The notes below the pieces were generated by a model. It saw nothing but the letters and a program-made list of their open reading frames with translations. It searched no databases and was not told where the DNA came from. The position numbers and the translations under genes were made by a program. From Desulfobaccales bacterium (GTDB lineage: Bacteria; Desulfobacterota; Desulfobaccia; Desulfobaccales; 0-14-0-80-60-11), in the NCBI GenBank assembly GCA_044451265.1, contig JBIOJX010000003.1, positions 1 through 43,227 on the forward strand: 43,227 bases of DNA, read 5' to 3'. Positions 8,292-18,721 of this stretch are shown one piece after another. How positions within the stretch are numbered: the first letter of the stretch is position 1; every line of letters starts with the position of its first letter.

Positions 8292-9998
8292 ATGGTAACC
8301 GCCAAGACTGAGGCCGCCCAACGCTTCCGGTTTCCCTTGCTCCAAGGGATTCTGCCCTTCGATCGGTCCCGGCTGCCCGCCGACATCCTGGCAGGCATCA
8401 CCCTGGCGGCCCTGAATATCCCCCAGGCCATGGGCTACACCAAGATCGCCGGCACCCCGGTGATCACCGGCCTTTATGCCATTTTCATCCCCATGGGCCT
8501 CTTCGCTCTTTTCGGATCATCCCGGCACCTGGTCGTGGGGGCCGACTCGGCCACCGCCGCCATCCTCGCCGCCGGTCTCCTGGGCCTGGCCGCCTCGGGT
8601 TCGTCCGAATATATGGCCCTGTGTGGCCTGCTAGCCCTCATGGCGGCTGGATTCCTGATCCTGGCCCGCTTAATCGGGCTGGGCTTCCTGGCGGACTTCC
8701 TGTCCCGCACCGTGCTCGTGGGGTTTCTGACCGGGGTGGGCATCCAGGTAGCGCTCCTGGAGATTGGCGGGATGCTGGGGCTGCCCCACGGCGGGTCTAG
8801 TCCAATCGGCCGCTTCATCCACGACCTCCGGCATCTCCACCAGACGAACCTCTACACCCTGGCCACCGCTGCGGCCGTCCTGGTAATGATCCTGGGTTCC
8901 CGCCAGATTTCTAAGAAATTCCCCGGGGCCCTCATTGCGGTGATCGGCGCCATTGCCGTGAGCTGGGCCGTGGATCTGTCCTCCTACGGGGTGGCCACCC
9001 TGGGGCCGGTCCCCCGCGGCCTGCCAAATTTCGGTTGGCCGCAGGTGGAGTTATCCGCCGACCTCCTGCAGAGGCTCCTGCCTACGGCCTTTTCCATCTT
9101 TGTGGTGATCCTGGCCCAAAGCGCCGCCACCTCTCGGGCCTATGCCGCCCGCTACAATGAGCGCGTGAACGAAAATACGGATCTGGTGGGTTTGAGTCTG
9201 GCCAACGTCGGGGCCGGACTCTCCGGCGCCTTCGTGGTCAACGGCAGCCCTACTGCTTCGGAGATGGTGGACAGTGCCGGTGGCCGCAGCCAGCTGGCCC
9301 AAATCACCAGCAGTCTCGTCGTGCTTTTGGTGCTGATCTTCCTGACCGGGCCTCTGGCCTACATGCCGGGCGCGGTCTTATCCGCGGTCGTTTTCCTCAT
9401 CTGTGTCCATCTCATCGACGTTAAGGAGCTAAGCAAGATCTATCGGGAGCGGCCCTGGGAATTCTGGGTGGCCATCATCACCGCGGCCACCGTAGTCCTC
9501 GTGGGCGTGAAGCAGGGCATCCTCCTGGCCATGTTTCTGTCGCTTCTCAGCCACACCCGGCACGGCTACCGTCCGAAAAACGCGGTGATCGTGGCGGCCC
9601 CGCCGGAAGGCTGGAAGGCCGAGCCGGTGGCCACCCGGGGCCAATTTCTCCCAGGGCTGCTGGCTTACCGGTTCACTCACGGTATGTATTACGCCAATGC
9701 CGAGCAGCTGTCCGAGGAGGTCACCGGGCTGGCCCAAGAGGCGAACCCGCCCCTGGTCTGGTTCTGCATCGACGCCGCCGCCGTGGACGACATCGACTAC
9801 ACCGCGGCCGCCACTTTGCGTTCGCTCTACGCCATCCTCCAGAAGCGGGGCATCAGACTGATATTTTATGAGGTCTCGGCTGAGGTTTATGCCCAACTGG
9901 AACGCTCGGGGATAACCAACCTGGCCGGCCGGGACGCCTTTTATGCCACCGGAGGCGAGATAATCAGCGCCTACAAGGCAACCCAAAGGGCGTCATAA
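8292..9998 (+). CDS. sulP: SulP/SLC26 anion transporter with STAS domain
   Basis: DILAGITLAALNIPQAMGY, LFGSSRHLVVG, GGRSQL; STAS IDAAAVDDIDYTAA; AAGGAG RBS. Confidence 0.92.
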   Translation: MVTAKTEAAQRFRFPLLQGILPFDRSRLPADILAGITLAALNIPQAMGYTKIAGTPVITGLYAIFIPMGLFALFGSSRHLVVGADSATAAILAAGLLGLAASGSSEYMALCGLLALMAAGFLILARLIGLGFLADFLSRTVLVGFLTGVGIQVALLEIGGMLGLPHGGSSPIGRFIHDLRHLHQTNLYTLATAAAVLVMILGSRQISKKFPGALIAVIGAIAVSWAVDLSSYGVATLGPVPRGLPNFGWPQVELSADLLQRLLPTAFSIFVVILAQSAATSRAYAARYNERVNENTDLVGLSLANVGAGLSGAFVVNGSPTASEMVDSAGGRSQLAQITSSLVVLLVLIFLTGPLAYMPGAVLSAVVFLICVHLIDVKELSKIYRERPWEFWVAIITAATVVLVGVKQGILLAMFLSLLSHTRHGYRPKNAVIVAAPPEGWKAEPVATRGQFLPGLLAYRFTHGMYYANAEQLSEEVTGLAQEANPPLVWFCIDAAAVDDIDYTAAATLRSLYAILQKRGIRLIFYEVSAEVYAQLERSGITNLAGRDAFYATGGEIISAYKATQRAS

Positions 9999-10040
9999 CC
10001 AATCAGGGAAGGCCCGTATCTTCACTTTCGGGGGGTATTA

Positions 10041-10739
10041 ATGGGCAAAATGCCGGAGCGGCTCTTTCAGTTTGTTTGGAACCTGCATGACCGGAGGCGG
10101 GCGGGCATCAGCGTCGCTTTGGGAGTCGGGGTTGCGGTTCTGGACAGCCAGTTGCTGGGTTGGAAGTGGGAGACCTCTTTTCTGGCAGGGTGGATTCTGG
10201 GGGTAGGCGGTTACCTGGTCCTCCTGGGTATCGTCATTGTTAGTGCCGACGGGCCCATGACGCAGGAGCGCGTCTCCAAAGACGAGCCGAACCGGATGGC
10301 CTTGCTGGTCATGACTGTCTTTCTGTCGATTTTCGGCACCGGGATCGTGGGCGTGCTGCTGACTGCGGTGGGCAAACACTCAACGGGGCATTCCCGTCTT
10401 TTGCTGGCGCTGAGCGTGATCGCCGTACTGTTGTCTTGGTTTTACTTGCACACGGCCTTTGGACAGCATTACGCCCGGCTGTATTACGAAGCCAAGGATA
10501 TCCATGGGCGCCCTTTTAAAGATGGCAGGCGCAGCGGTTTTCATTTTCCGGGAACCGAAACCCCGACCTATCTTGATTTCCTCTATGTAGCCTTTACCCT
10601 GGCCCTGACCTACTCCATGAGCGATGTCAATGTCGAATCCGAACTGATGCGGCGCACCGTGCTCCTCCACAGCCTGGTCTCATTTTTCTTCTACTCCACG
10701 GTTCTGGCAGGGGTTCTGAATGCCATTGTCACTTCGTGA
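10041..10739 (+). CDS. DUF1345 family membrane protein
   Basis: SWFYLHTAFGQHYARLYY, FPGTETPTYLDFLYVAFT, SDVNV...MRRTVLLHSLVSFFF. Confidence 0.85.
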   Translation: MGKMPERLFQFVWNLHDRRRAGISVALGVGVAVLDSQLLGWKWETSFLAGWILGVGGYLVLLGIVIVSADGPMTQERVSKDEPNRMALLVMTVFLSIFGTGIVGVLLTAVGKHSTGHSRLLLALSVIAVLLSWFYLHTAFGQHYARLYYEAKDIHGRPFKDGRRSGFHFPGTETPTYLDFLYVAFTLALTYSMSDVNVESELMRRTVLLHSLVSFFFYSTVLAGVLNAIVTS

Positions 10740-10806
10740 GCGGCTCCGGTAGGGCTGCCCCATAAGTTCAGACCTGGGTTCCTCCATCATTCCGGCCGGC
10801 GAGGGC

Positions 10807-11379
10807 CTACAGCCCTGGAGCGGCTAGTGCTGGAGCTTGGGGGCCGGCAACCTCCTGCGGCTGGCTGTAGTAGCGGATGGCGCTTTCGCCGATCAAGCGG
10901 GACGTGGTCAAGGCCGCCACCCCCCCGGTGGCCATGGCAACCAGGGGATGGAACCCCAAGGCGTCGGCCACAAAGGGCGCGCCGACCGCCACGCCGGTGC
11001 CGGCCACCACCGCCGCCATCTCCGGAACCCGCGCCTTATCGTCGATATCCTTGCCGTACAGCAGGGCGATCTCCAGGATGAGGTAGAGGTGCATGCGCAC
11101 CAGCGCGGAAGTCCCCCCCACAAAACCCAGAAGTTTCACGGCATAGCCGACTACGGGGATCATGGCGGGTAAATCGAGGATCAACCCTCCCAGGAGAGAA
11201 AGCTGGGCCTGGGCGGCGATGAGACGGCGGGCCTTCTGCTCCAGGGCCTCCTCAGGGTAGCGCTGATTGATGTCGGCCACCACCTTGCGCACGCGGTCTT
11301 TGCGCAAGCGCAGGAAGAAATAGAAAAAATCATCGGTCAGGCGGCTTTGCCTTGAGGGTAAGAGTGGCGCTTCAGACAT
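10807..11379 (-). CDS. EcsC-like membrane-associated protein
   Basis: KARRLI...GG...PAMIPVVG...LILEIALLYGKDIDD pattern recalls the EcsC family; AAGGA RBS. Confidence 0.55.
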   Translation of the reverse strand: MSEAPLLPSRQSRLTDDFFYFFLRLRKDRVRKVVADINQRYPEEALEQKARRLIAAQAQLSLLGGLILDLPAMIPVVGYAVKLLGFVGGTSALVRMHLYLILEIALLYGKDIDDKARVPEMAAVVAGTGVAVGAPFVADALGFHPLVAMATGGVAALTTSRLIGESAIRYYSQPQEVAGPQAPALAAPGL

Positions 11380-11675
11380 GGGCGTGGTCCTTAATTAGCG
11401 TTGGGGGAGTTGAACCCCGATCTTTTTCTCTTCATAACTGGCAAAGTAATTATAGCAGATGCAGATAGCAACCCGGAGAATCACAATGTGGCGAAGAAAC
11501 CTCGATTCAGCCTGAATTGACATTCCCCTTTCCATGATTAGGTTTCTAAAAAAAACCGGAACCTGATGCCAATCTCCACTTCTCGAGCGCGCCCCTATCT
11601 GGATAGGGCGGTTCTTCCTCCTCTCAACCACTAAACCCGGCATTGGCCAGGGACTTGCCGCTCAGGAGAGTCGAC

Positions 11676-13193
11676 ATGCCCAAACTCAGACCTTGGGATA
11701 AATACAACGAAGCCTTGCTGGCCAACGCCCATCCGGTGGACTGGCAAAACCCCGAGCCCGCCGCCAGTTACAACCTGGTGGTCATCGGCGGTGGCACCGC
11801 CGGCCTGGTATGCGCCGCGGGAGCCGCGGGGCTGGGAGCCAGGGTAGCCCTGGTGGAGCGGCACCTGATGGGAGGCGACTGCCTGAATTATGGCTGCGTG
11901 CCCTCCAAAGCGGTGATTCGCTCCTCCCGGATTGCCGCCGACCTCCGGACGGCGGACCGCTTCGGGGTGAAGGTGCCGGCCGGCGCCGAGGTGGATTTTC
12001 CAGCGGTGATGGAACGGATGCGGCGTCTGCGCGCCCAAATCAGCCAGCACGATTCGGCCCAACGCTTGCGCGGACTCGGAGTGGACCTCTTCCTGGGAGA
12101 GGCGCGGTTCACCGGGGCCCGGATGGTCGAGGTCACCGGGAAGACCCTGAACTTCACCAAAGCCGTGGTTGCCACCGGCGGCCGGCCGGTGCAGCCGTCC
12201 CTGCCGGGAATCGGAGCCGCGGGTTTTCTCACCAACGAGACGGTCTTTTCGCTGACCGAACGGCCGCCGCGCCTTTTGGTCATCGGCGCCGGGCCCATCG
12301 GCTGCGAGTTTGCCCAGGCCTTTCAGCGTCTGGGCTGCCAGGTCAGCTTGCTGCACAAGCACCCGCTGATCATGAATCGGGAAGATGGCGACGCCGCCGG
12401 ACTCATCCAAAATATTTTCTTAAGGGAAGGGATTAAGCTCATCCTCGAGGCCAGACCGATCCAGGTTTCGCAGACCGCCACCGGCAAATTGCTCCGCTTC
12501 GAGAGTGGCGGCGCCACCGGAGAGATCGAGGTGGATGAGATTCTGGTGGGCGCCGGCCGGACTCCCAATGTGGAAGACCTCAATCTGGAAGCAGCCGGGG
12601 TGAAGTATGAAGCCGGCCGCGGCCGGGGGGTGCTGGTCAATGATTATCTGCAAACTACCAATCCCCGCATTTATGCCGCCGGCGACGTCTGCCTGCCCTA
12701 TCAGTTTACCCACCTGGCGGACGCCGCCGCCCGCATCGTCATTCAGAACGCCCTGTTTCTCGGGCGCAAAAAATTTAGCGCCCTGACCATCCCCTGGTGC
12801 ACTTTCACCGATCCGGAAGTGGCCCACGTGGGGCTGAATGAGGCGGCAGCCCAAAAGCAGGACCTCGCCGTCCAGGTTTATCTCCAGCCGCTCAGCGAGG
12901 TGGACCGCGCCATCTTGGACGGCGAGGCCGAAGGCTTCGTCAAAATTCTGGTCAAAGCCGGGACCGACAAGATCCTGGGGGCGACCATCGTCGCCCGGCA
13001 CGCCGGGGAAATGATCAGCGAGGTCTCTCTGGCCATGGTGGCTGGAGTGGGCCTGGGAAAGCTAAGTTCGGTCATCCATCCGTATCCCACCCAGGCCGAG
13101 GCCATCAAAGGCGTCACGACTCTCTATAATCGCAGCCGCTTGACCCCTCGGCTGCAACGCCTGTTGGCCAGATACCTGGCCTGGCGGCGGTGA
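11676..13193 (+). CDS. FAD-dependent pyridine nucleotide-disulfide oxidoreductase (mercuric-reductase-like, not true MerA)
   Basis: GGGTAG, redox disulfide GGDCLNYGCVPSK, GAGPIGCE, YAAGD, C-terminal HPYPTQAE; no NmerA domain or C-terminal Cys pair; AGGAG RBS before ATG 11676. Confidence 0.9.
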   Translation: MPKLRPWDKYNEALLANAHPVDWQNPEPAASYNLVVIGGGTAGLVCAAGAAGLGARVALVERHLMGGDCLNYGCVPSKAVIRSSRIAADLRTADRFGVKVPAGAEVDFPAVMERMRRLRAQISQHDSAQRLRGLGVDLFLGEARFTGARMVEVTGKTLNFTKAVVATGGRPVQPSLPGIGAAGFLTNETVFSLTERPPRLLVIGAGPIGCEFAQAFQRLGCQVSLLHKHPLIMNREDGDAAGLIQNIFLREGIKLILEARPIQVSQTATGKLLRFESGGATGEIEVDEILVGAGRTPNVEDLNLEAAGVKYEAGRGRGVLVNDYLQTTNPRIYAAGDVCLPYQFTHLADAAARIVIQNALFLGRKKFSALTIPWCTFTDPEVAHVGLNEAAAQKQDLAVQVYLQPLSEVDRAILDGEAEGFVKILVKAGTDKILGATIVARHAGEMISEVSLAMVAGVGLGKLSSVIHPYPTQAEAIKGVTTLYNRSRLTPRLQRLLARYLAWRR

Positions 13194-13593
13194 CTCTGAG
13201 CTTCGCCTCAAGCCTTCAGGCTGCCGGTCCAGGTCTCGCCGGGAAGATGCTCCACCCCTTCCCCCGCTGATAAAAATCACCCGGGTCATAAACTTGCAGC
13301 TCAATCAGTCAGCTATCCTGTCCCGACCGGGAAGGGCTGCTCAGCGGGCGAAATCGACTGCCGCGCCCGGGAAGGCCAAGAAAAAAGAAGATAAATCATG
13401 AAAAAAAGAGTAAAATTATTCCCGGTAAGGCTAGGCCCCCGCTGGCTTTTGCACAAAAAATTGATGATTTTCTATAATCCCAATTGCAACTTACACCGCC
13501 GAAATCGCTAAGGACCGGGTATGGCTATGCCGGCAAAAAGTGGGACCTGGGGACCATGGTTCGCCGCCCTGAACGGCCATGGTCTGAGTCATA

Positions 13594-14724
13594 ATGGATC
13601 GGACAAAGGCAATCCTCAAAAACATCCTGGCGATTCTTTTTGGGCTGGTGCTGGCTCTCATGGCCCTGGAGATGCTGCTGCGCGTGTTTCAACCGGTGGA
13701 ATATCGTGTCAGGGGCAATAGGATTATCTTACCTCGAAATAAGCACTACATCTTTACTACTGATAAGACTAATATATTTGACCGAGTAATTTACTTCAGC
13801 AAAAACCCGCTTGGATTCAGGGGTGACCTGCCTCCTAGAAATTTTGCCCAAACCCTTACCATCATAACTGTCGGCGGCAGCACTACCGAATGCATGAATA
13901 TTACTGACGGCAAGACCTGGTCGGATCTATTAGCGAACCGACTCAAGCGGGAGTTTAAACCATTCTGGCTCAACAATGCGGGATTGACCGGAAATTCGAC
14001 CTTCGGACACTTAGTGCTGATGGAGGATTATCTGATTCCATTAAAGCCGAAGGTGCTGGTTTTTCTCATAGGGGCCAATGACCAATACTTGTTGGATTAC
14101 TGCGAATGGGATAAGAAAACCTTAAGGAAACCGTGGGTTAATCTTCATTCGGCGATAATCGATCCCCTGGCGCACTACAGTGAGGTGGCGCATTATATTA
14201 TAAATTTCGGCCGGTACTTTAAGGCCAAACACATGGGTCTGACTCACGGCAATGTCGACTTTGCCGCGCTAAAAACCCGTGATATTCCAGATGAACAACT
14301 TCAGGCCATATTAGCCAGAAACCGGGCCAACTATCTCGAACCCTACGCCCGCAGAATCCAAAAACTCATAGACCTTTGCTCGCAACATGGTATGGAACCG
14401 GTTTTTGTCACCCAACCCTTGATTTATGGTGATGGTATTGATCCGGTATCCGGGGCAGACCTGGCCAGGGTTGCCGTCGGAGATATTAACGGCAAGACTT
14501 CCTGGGAGATATTGGAGCTTTACAACCAGGTACTGCGACAGGTGGCCGCGAAGAACAAGGTGCTGCTCATTGACTTGGCCGGTAAAATGCCTAAAAGTTC
14601 ACGCTATTTTTATGACCACATGCATTTCTCCAATACAGGATGCGAGTTTGCGGCCGAAACCATCCATGAACAACTGGCGCCATTCCTGTCACAAAAATTC
14701 CCGGAATATGTTAATAAAGATTAG
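13594..14724 (+). CDS. Membrane-anchored SGNH/GDSL hydrolase family protein
   Basis: N-terminal TM (ALEMLLR), NPLGFRG, block I VGGSTT, NAG, GAND, DHMHFSNTG. Confidence 0.85.
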   Translation: MDRTKAILKNILAILFGLVLALMALEMLLRVFQPVEYRVRGNRIILPRNKHYIFTTDKTNIFDRVIYFSKNPLGFRGDLPPRNFAQTLTIITVGGSTTECMNITDGKTWSDLLANRLKREFKPFWLNNAGLTGNSTFGHLVLMEDYLIPLKPKVLVFLIGANDQYLLDYCEWDKKTLRKPWVNLHSAIIDPLAHYSEVAHYIINFGRYFKAKHMGLTHGNVDFAALKTRDIPDEQLQAILARNRANYLEPYARRIQKLIDLCSQHGMEPVFVTQPLIYGDGIDPVSGADLARVAVGDINGKTSWEILELYNQVLRQVAAKNKVLLIDLAGKMPKSSRYFYDHMHFSNTGCEFAAETIHEQLAPFLSQKFPEYVNKD

Positions 14725-14847
14725 CAGCGCCAGAATTTGGGTTATAACCGAAGGCCCGATCAAAGCGGGGAGGGTTATATAAGGCTAAGATGACGGCTTT
14801 ATCGCGGTGCCGCACCAGTCATCATAGCCAGTTACGGGTGACCATGG

Positions 14848-15780
14848 ATGATACTTTTTCGCTCTGATTCAATTCACCGGCAAATCCCCAGGTCCTTTCC
14901 GCGGCTCTGGCTGCACCGGTTTTGGTTAGCCTGGGAAATAGTCAAGGAGTATCGGCGAGGCACTCTCGCAGATATTGAGAGTCACATTTTACTCCATCAG
15001 AAATTAGCCGATATAATCAAGGGCTATATTAACCGGGACCTGACCAAGGTAAAAATTCTGGAAATCGGCTGCGGCCAACGGGCCTCGCAAACTTTGCTCT
15101 TTACTACCGACGGTGCGGACGTGGTCGGCGTCGATATCGAAGTCCCAACTTTTAGCATGGATCTGCAAGTCTTTTTAAGCGTTCTCCGCTTAAATGGCCT
15201 TGGACGCGCCCTGAAGTCATTAGGTCGACATCTATTATTTGATTCCCAGTTTTTCGAGCAACTCGCCGCCCGCTACGGCAAATCTCTTTCCATGCATGGG
15301 GTCAAGGTGCGGGTGATGGATGCCACCCAGATGGACTTTTCCAGTAATTGCTTTGATTTTATTTATTCTAACATGGTTTTTGAGCATATCTCCCAAGTTG
15401 ACTCGGTGGTCCAGGAGTTGAACCGCTTGTTGAAACCGGAGGGTGTCGCCTGGGTTAATGTTCACTTATTTCACAGCTTATCTGGAGGACACCACAAGGA
15501 GTGGACTAATCCTCGCTCGACGCGGCCACACCGGGTGCCTCCCTGGGATCATCTTTTAGAAAACGCCTACCCCATCCATATCTTCTTAAATAAACTTACC
15601 CTGAATGACTATCGACGCATATTTTCGGAATATCTGGAGGTGGTGGAGGAAAGTTTCGTTACTGAGGGTGAGGAAATCTTGACCCCCAGTTTGGCTGAGC
15701 TTTTAGCCCAAAAAGGCTACTCTCGAGACGATCTGCTCACTCGGGAAGTAACCTTTCTTTGTCGGAAAAATCGGGATTGA
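14848..15780 (+). CDS. Class I SAM-dependent methyltransferase
   Basis: ILEIGCG, VGVDI, MDATQMDF..NCFDFIYS..VFEHI, RLLKPEG. Confidence 0.88.
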   Translation: MILFRSDSIHRQIPRSFPRLWLHRFWLAWEIVKEYRRGTLADIESHILLHQKLADIIKGYINRDLTKVKILEIGCGQRASQTLLFTTDGADVVGVDIEVPTFSMDLQVFLSVLRLNGLGRALKSLGRHLLFDSQFFEQLAARYGKSLSMHGVKVRVMDATQMDFSSNCFDFIYSNMVFEHISQVDSVVQELNRLLKPEGVAWVNVHLFHSLSGGHHKEWTNPRSTRPHRVPPWDHLLENAYPIHIFLNKLTLNDYRRIFSEYLEVVEESFVTEGEEILTPSLAELLAQKGYSRDDLLTREVTFLCRKNRD

Positions 15781-15973
15781 AAATCAATATTTATACCTGC
15801 CGGCGGGATACGCTGAGTAGCTCTCTCGGGGACATCCTGGCGTTTCATCTCAGCCCATAAGAAAAGTACGATGACACTTGATCTTGTTTGCCTCACTTAT
15901 CAGTCGGGCCCAGGTAATCCGGTATTAAATCATCACCTCGGCAGCCTCACGATTGGGGCTGAGAGGTTGGTTT

Positions 15974-16663
15974 ATGCGGCTTAAACCCACGGCAAAAAAA
16001 CTTCATCTCGGTTGTGGGCCGACCGCAAAAACGCCGGAAGGATGGCTCAACCTCGATGCCTCCTGGAATGCCCGGTTGGCAAAATATCCAATCTTGAGAA
16101 AATTGCTGACGGTTTTTCGTTGCCTCCCTCACGGATTAGACAATTCCTGGGCTGCAGATATCTTCATCCATGACATCAGGAAACCCTTGCCTTTTGAGGA
16201 TAATTCTTTTGCCGGTATCTACGCCTCCCATCTGCTGGAACACCTCTATCTCGATAAAGCTAAGGCTCTCCTAAAAGAGTGTTATCGAGTGTTGGAGCCA
16301 CGGGGTGTATTGAGAATAGTTGTTCCAGACTTAAGAGTCATTATCAATGACTACATAAAAGCAACAGAAAATAATAGTGAGCCGGCAGGAGAGCATCTGC
16401 ATCCTGCTGATAAGTTAAGCCAATATTTCTTCATCCAATATCCATCTCATAATATTCTTTATGAACTCTACGCCAAGTTAACCGATTTTCATTCCCACAA
16501 GTGGATGTATGATGCCGTCTCTCTCTGCGGCTATTTTAACTGGGCCGGATTCGTGGAGGTTCAAGAAATGCAGGTGCAAGAGAGTCGCCTGACTAACCTG
16601 GGGCAAGTGGAAGGTCCATCTACGTCTGGTCTGGTTGTGGAAGGCATAAAGCCAGGTGGTTAA
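15974..16663 (+). CDS. Class I SAM-dependent methyltransferase (type 11-like)
   Basis: KLHLGCG, GWLNLD, HDIRKPLPFEDNS, SHLLEHL, RVLEPRGVLRIVVPD, HKWMYD; GAGG RBS before ATG 15974. Confidence 0.85.
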   Translation: MRLKPTAKKLHLGCGPTAKTPEGWLNLDASWNARLAKYPILRKLLTVFRCLPHGLDNSWAADIFIHDIRKPLPFEDNSFAGIYASHLLEHLYLDKAKALLKECYRVLEPRGVLRIVVPDLRVIINDYIKATENNSEPAGEHLHPADKLSQYFFIQYPSHNILYELYAKLTDFHSHKWMYDAVSLCGYFNWAGFVEVQEMQVQESRLTNLGQVEGPSTSGLVVEGIKPGG

Positions 16664-16818
16664 TTAGCCGAGCCAAAGCCGGGATTTCCCTTCCCGGAGC
16701 AATTCCAGCCGCCTCTCTTCCGAAAAGGCCGCCAGTCTTTCCCGGTGGCTCCAGCCTGCGCTCCAGGGAGTTAAGACGCAGAAGCTGGTGAAAAATCAAG
16801 GTCTTGGCCCGGCAACGT

Positions 16819-16926
16819 TCATTTGGAGCTGATAATCACCAAAACGGCCAATAAAACGCCACCGGATAAGATGACCCAATTATTGGTCAAGATTTTGTGG
16901 GAGATATCAGTGAAAGTCCTGTGCAT
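16819..16926 (-). CDS. Putative 35-aa single-TM small protein
   Basis: GAGGA RBS then MHRTFTDISHKILTNNWVILSGGVLLAVLVIISSK*; below the ORF-track cutoff. Confidence 0.35.
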   Translation of the reverse strand: MHRTFTDISHKILTNNWVILSGGVLLAVLVIISSK

Positions 16927-16970
16927 GAGGTTATCCTCTATAAATTAGCCGGTTACTAAGATTCACCCGC

Positions 16971-17006
16971 AAAAAGCCAGGTTGCCTGCTTTCCAGACAA
17001 CCTGGC
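16971..17006 (-). terminator. Intrinsic terminator
   Basis: Minus strand GCCAGGTTGTCTG-GAAAG-CAGGCAACCTGGC-TTTTT (13-bp stem including one GU pair). Confidence 0.8.
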
Positions 17007-17095
17007 CTCTTCCTTGAGACTCGTAGCCTATTTCCGACCCCGCCCCTAGTTGGCTCAGGGCCAAGGTCACTGCTTAATTAAGTTCGCCCTAAATT
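16995..17095 (-). ncRNA. Candidate structured leader RNA, GEMM-I (c-di-GMP-I/cGAMP) riboswitch-like variant
   Basis: Hairpin 17036-17068 followed by GGGGTCGGAAA..GCTACGAGTCTC..GCCAGGTTGTC, resembling the 3' half of GEMM-I aptamers and overlapping the terminator 5' arm; the canonical GNRA-capped P2 is not seen. Confidence 0.3.
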
Positions 17096-17279
17096 TAATT
17101 ATCCTCACTTCTGCAGGCAAGCTAGTAAAAATGCCTAATTTGCACCTATAAGTCGAAGCATTAGCAGAGCTAGATACCGCAACCCTTGATGAACCGGGGC
17201 TATCAGGTCGCTTCGGCCTGTCGCCTCGGCCGTTTCTCTGGAGTGCAGGCGGGGGTTCAGGCAGGGATGATCTAAGGGG

Positions 17280-18721
17280 TCAGGCGTTGACATCCTGCCA
17301 GCGCCTGGCCAGGTGGAGGAAGGCGTACATGGCGATGGCGGCTACGACGCCGGCGATGGCAAAGGGCGTCCAGACCTGGCTGGGGTCGTATTGGTCCCAC
17401 AAGAGCCGGGTCACCTGGGCCGGTGTCTGGCCCAGCCGCTCCGTCAAGGCGGCGAAGGCCTGGGACCGGTCCGGCAGGTCATGCACCTGAAGCACCTCGG
17501 ACAGGTAGCGCAGGGCCAGACCCGCCTTTTCGCCGGAGCGTTCGTAGAGTTGCCCGGCCAGAAAAGACCCGTAGCCCCAGCCAAAGGCGTAAGGGATACT
17601 GGCGTAGCCCATGTACTGCGCCTTCTTGTCCGGCGGCGCAATCACCGCCAGGTATTCTCTCATCTTGGGGGAACAGAGCATCTCTCCCATGGTGAAGCAG
17701 GTGATGCCGGCCAGGCAGGTGAAAATGGACATGCTGGAACCGACCACATAAACGCCCAGAGTCACCAGGATAAAGCCGAAAAAGATGGAAGTGAGCCGGC
17801 GCATCACCCGGTTGGCATACCAGGAGAGCGGGGCCACGACGAGAAGATCAGGAGAGGGTTGAGGTTGATCACCCACTCCTGGGCGAGCTGGGGACCCCGG
17901 GCGAGATTCCGGGAGAGCATGAACCCCGGCAGGTGTCGGGCCAGGGCGTAACTGTCCACCCAATCCACGATGAAATTGGGCAGCGTATCCCAGAGCTGTT
18001 CGAGCACCGCCCAGAATACCGAAATAATCACAATAAAGGCGAGCAGCCGGAGGTTGAGGATTTCCCGGGCCGTATCCGCCACCACCCGGAAGACCCCGGT
18101 GGCTTCAGCGGACCCGGGATTAACTTCCTGGTAAGTGCACAGCCACAACAGATTCAGATTGACCAGCAGGGCGCAGCCGTAAAAGACCGTAGGCCAGGAG
18201 TAGCCGTAGAGAAAATGCGCCAGCGGCGGGCCCAGAAAGGCGCCGATGTTGATAATCATATAGAAAAAACCCCAACCCACCCCGGAGGTCTTGGCCGTCA
18301 GGGTCTTGGCAAAGGTACCCCAAACGGGCGGCTTGAAGACCGCGGTGCCCGCGGCCAGCAACAGGCAGCCGGCGAAGAACGGCCAAAAGGTCCGCTGGCT
18401 GGCCATCATCAGGTAGCCCAGGGTTTTGATGCCGATGGCCACCACGATCTGCTTTTTGTAACCGTAGCGGTCGGCAAAGCCGCCCGAGAGCACCGGCAGG
18501 GTCGACTGCACTATGGCCCACCACAGGAAGATGAAGCCCTTGTCGCTCTGGCTGAAGTGGAGGCCGCCGATCTCGTCGGCCTGGGCGATATAAATGGGGA
18601 TGACGACGCGCACGCCATAATAGGCGAGGCGTTCGATGGTCTCCATGAGGTTGGCCACCCAGAAAGGCCAGGTCAGGCCCCTGGTTTGCCCCCAGAATGA
18701 CGAGGTGTCGGATTCGCCCAT
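17280..18721 (-). pseudogene. POT/PTR-like MFS transporter split by a 1-nt frameshift at about 17845
   Basis: METIERLAYYG (ExxERFxYYG motif), GGFADRYGYKK, FYMIINIGAFLG in the first ORF; reading resumes in another frame with LVVAPLSWY...GEMLCSP..APPDKKAQYMG. Confidence 0.8.

Noticed and set aside
11676-13193. True mercuric reductase merA / mer operon
   Set aside because: No C-terminal Cys-Cys pair, no NmerA domain and no merR/T/P neighbours; it is a MerA-like disulfide reductase.
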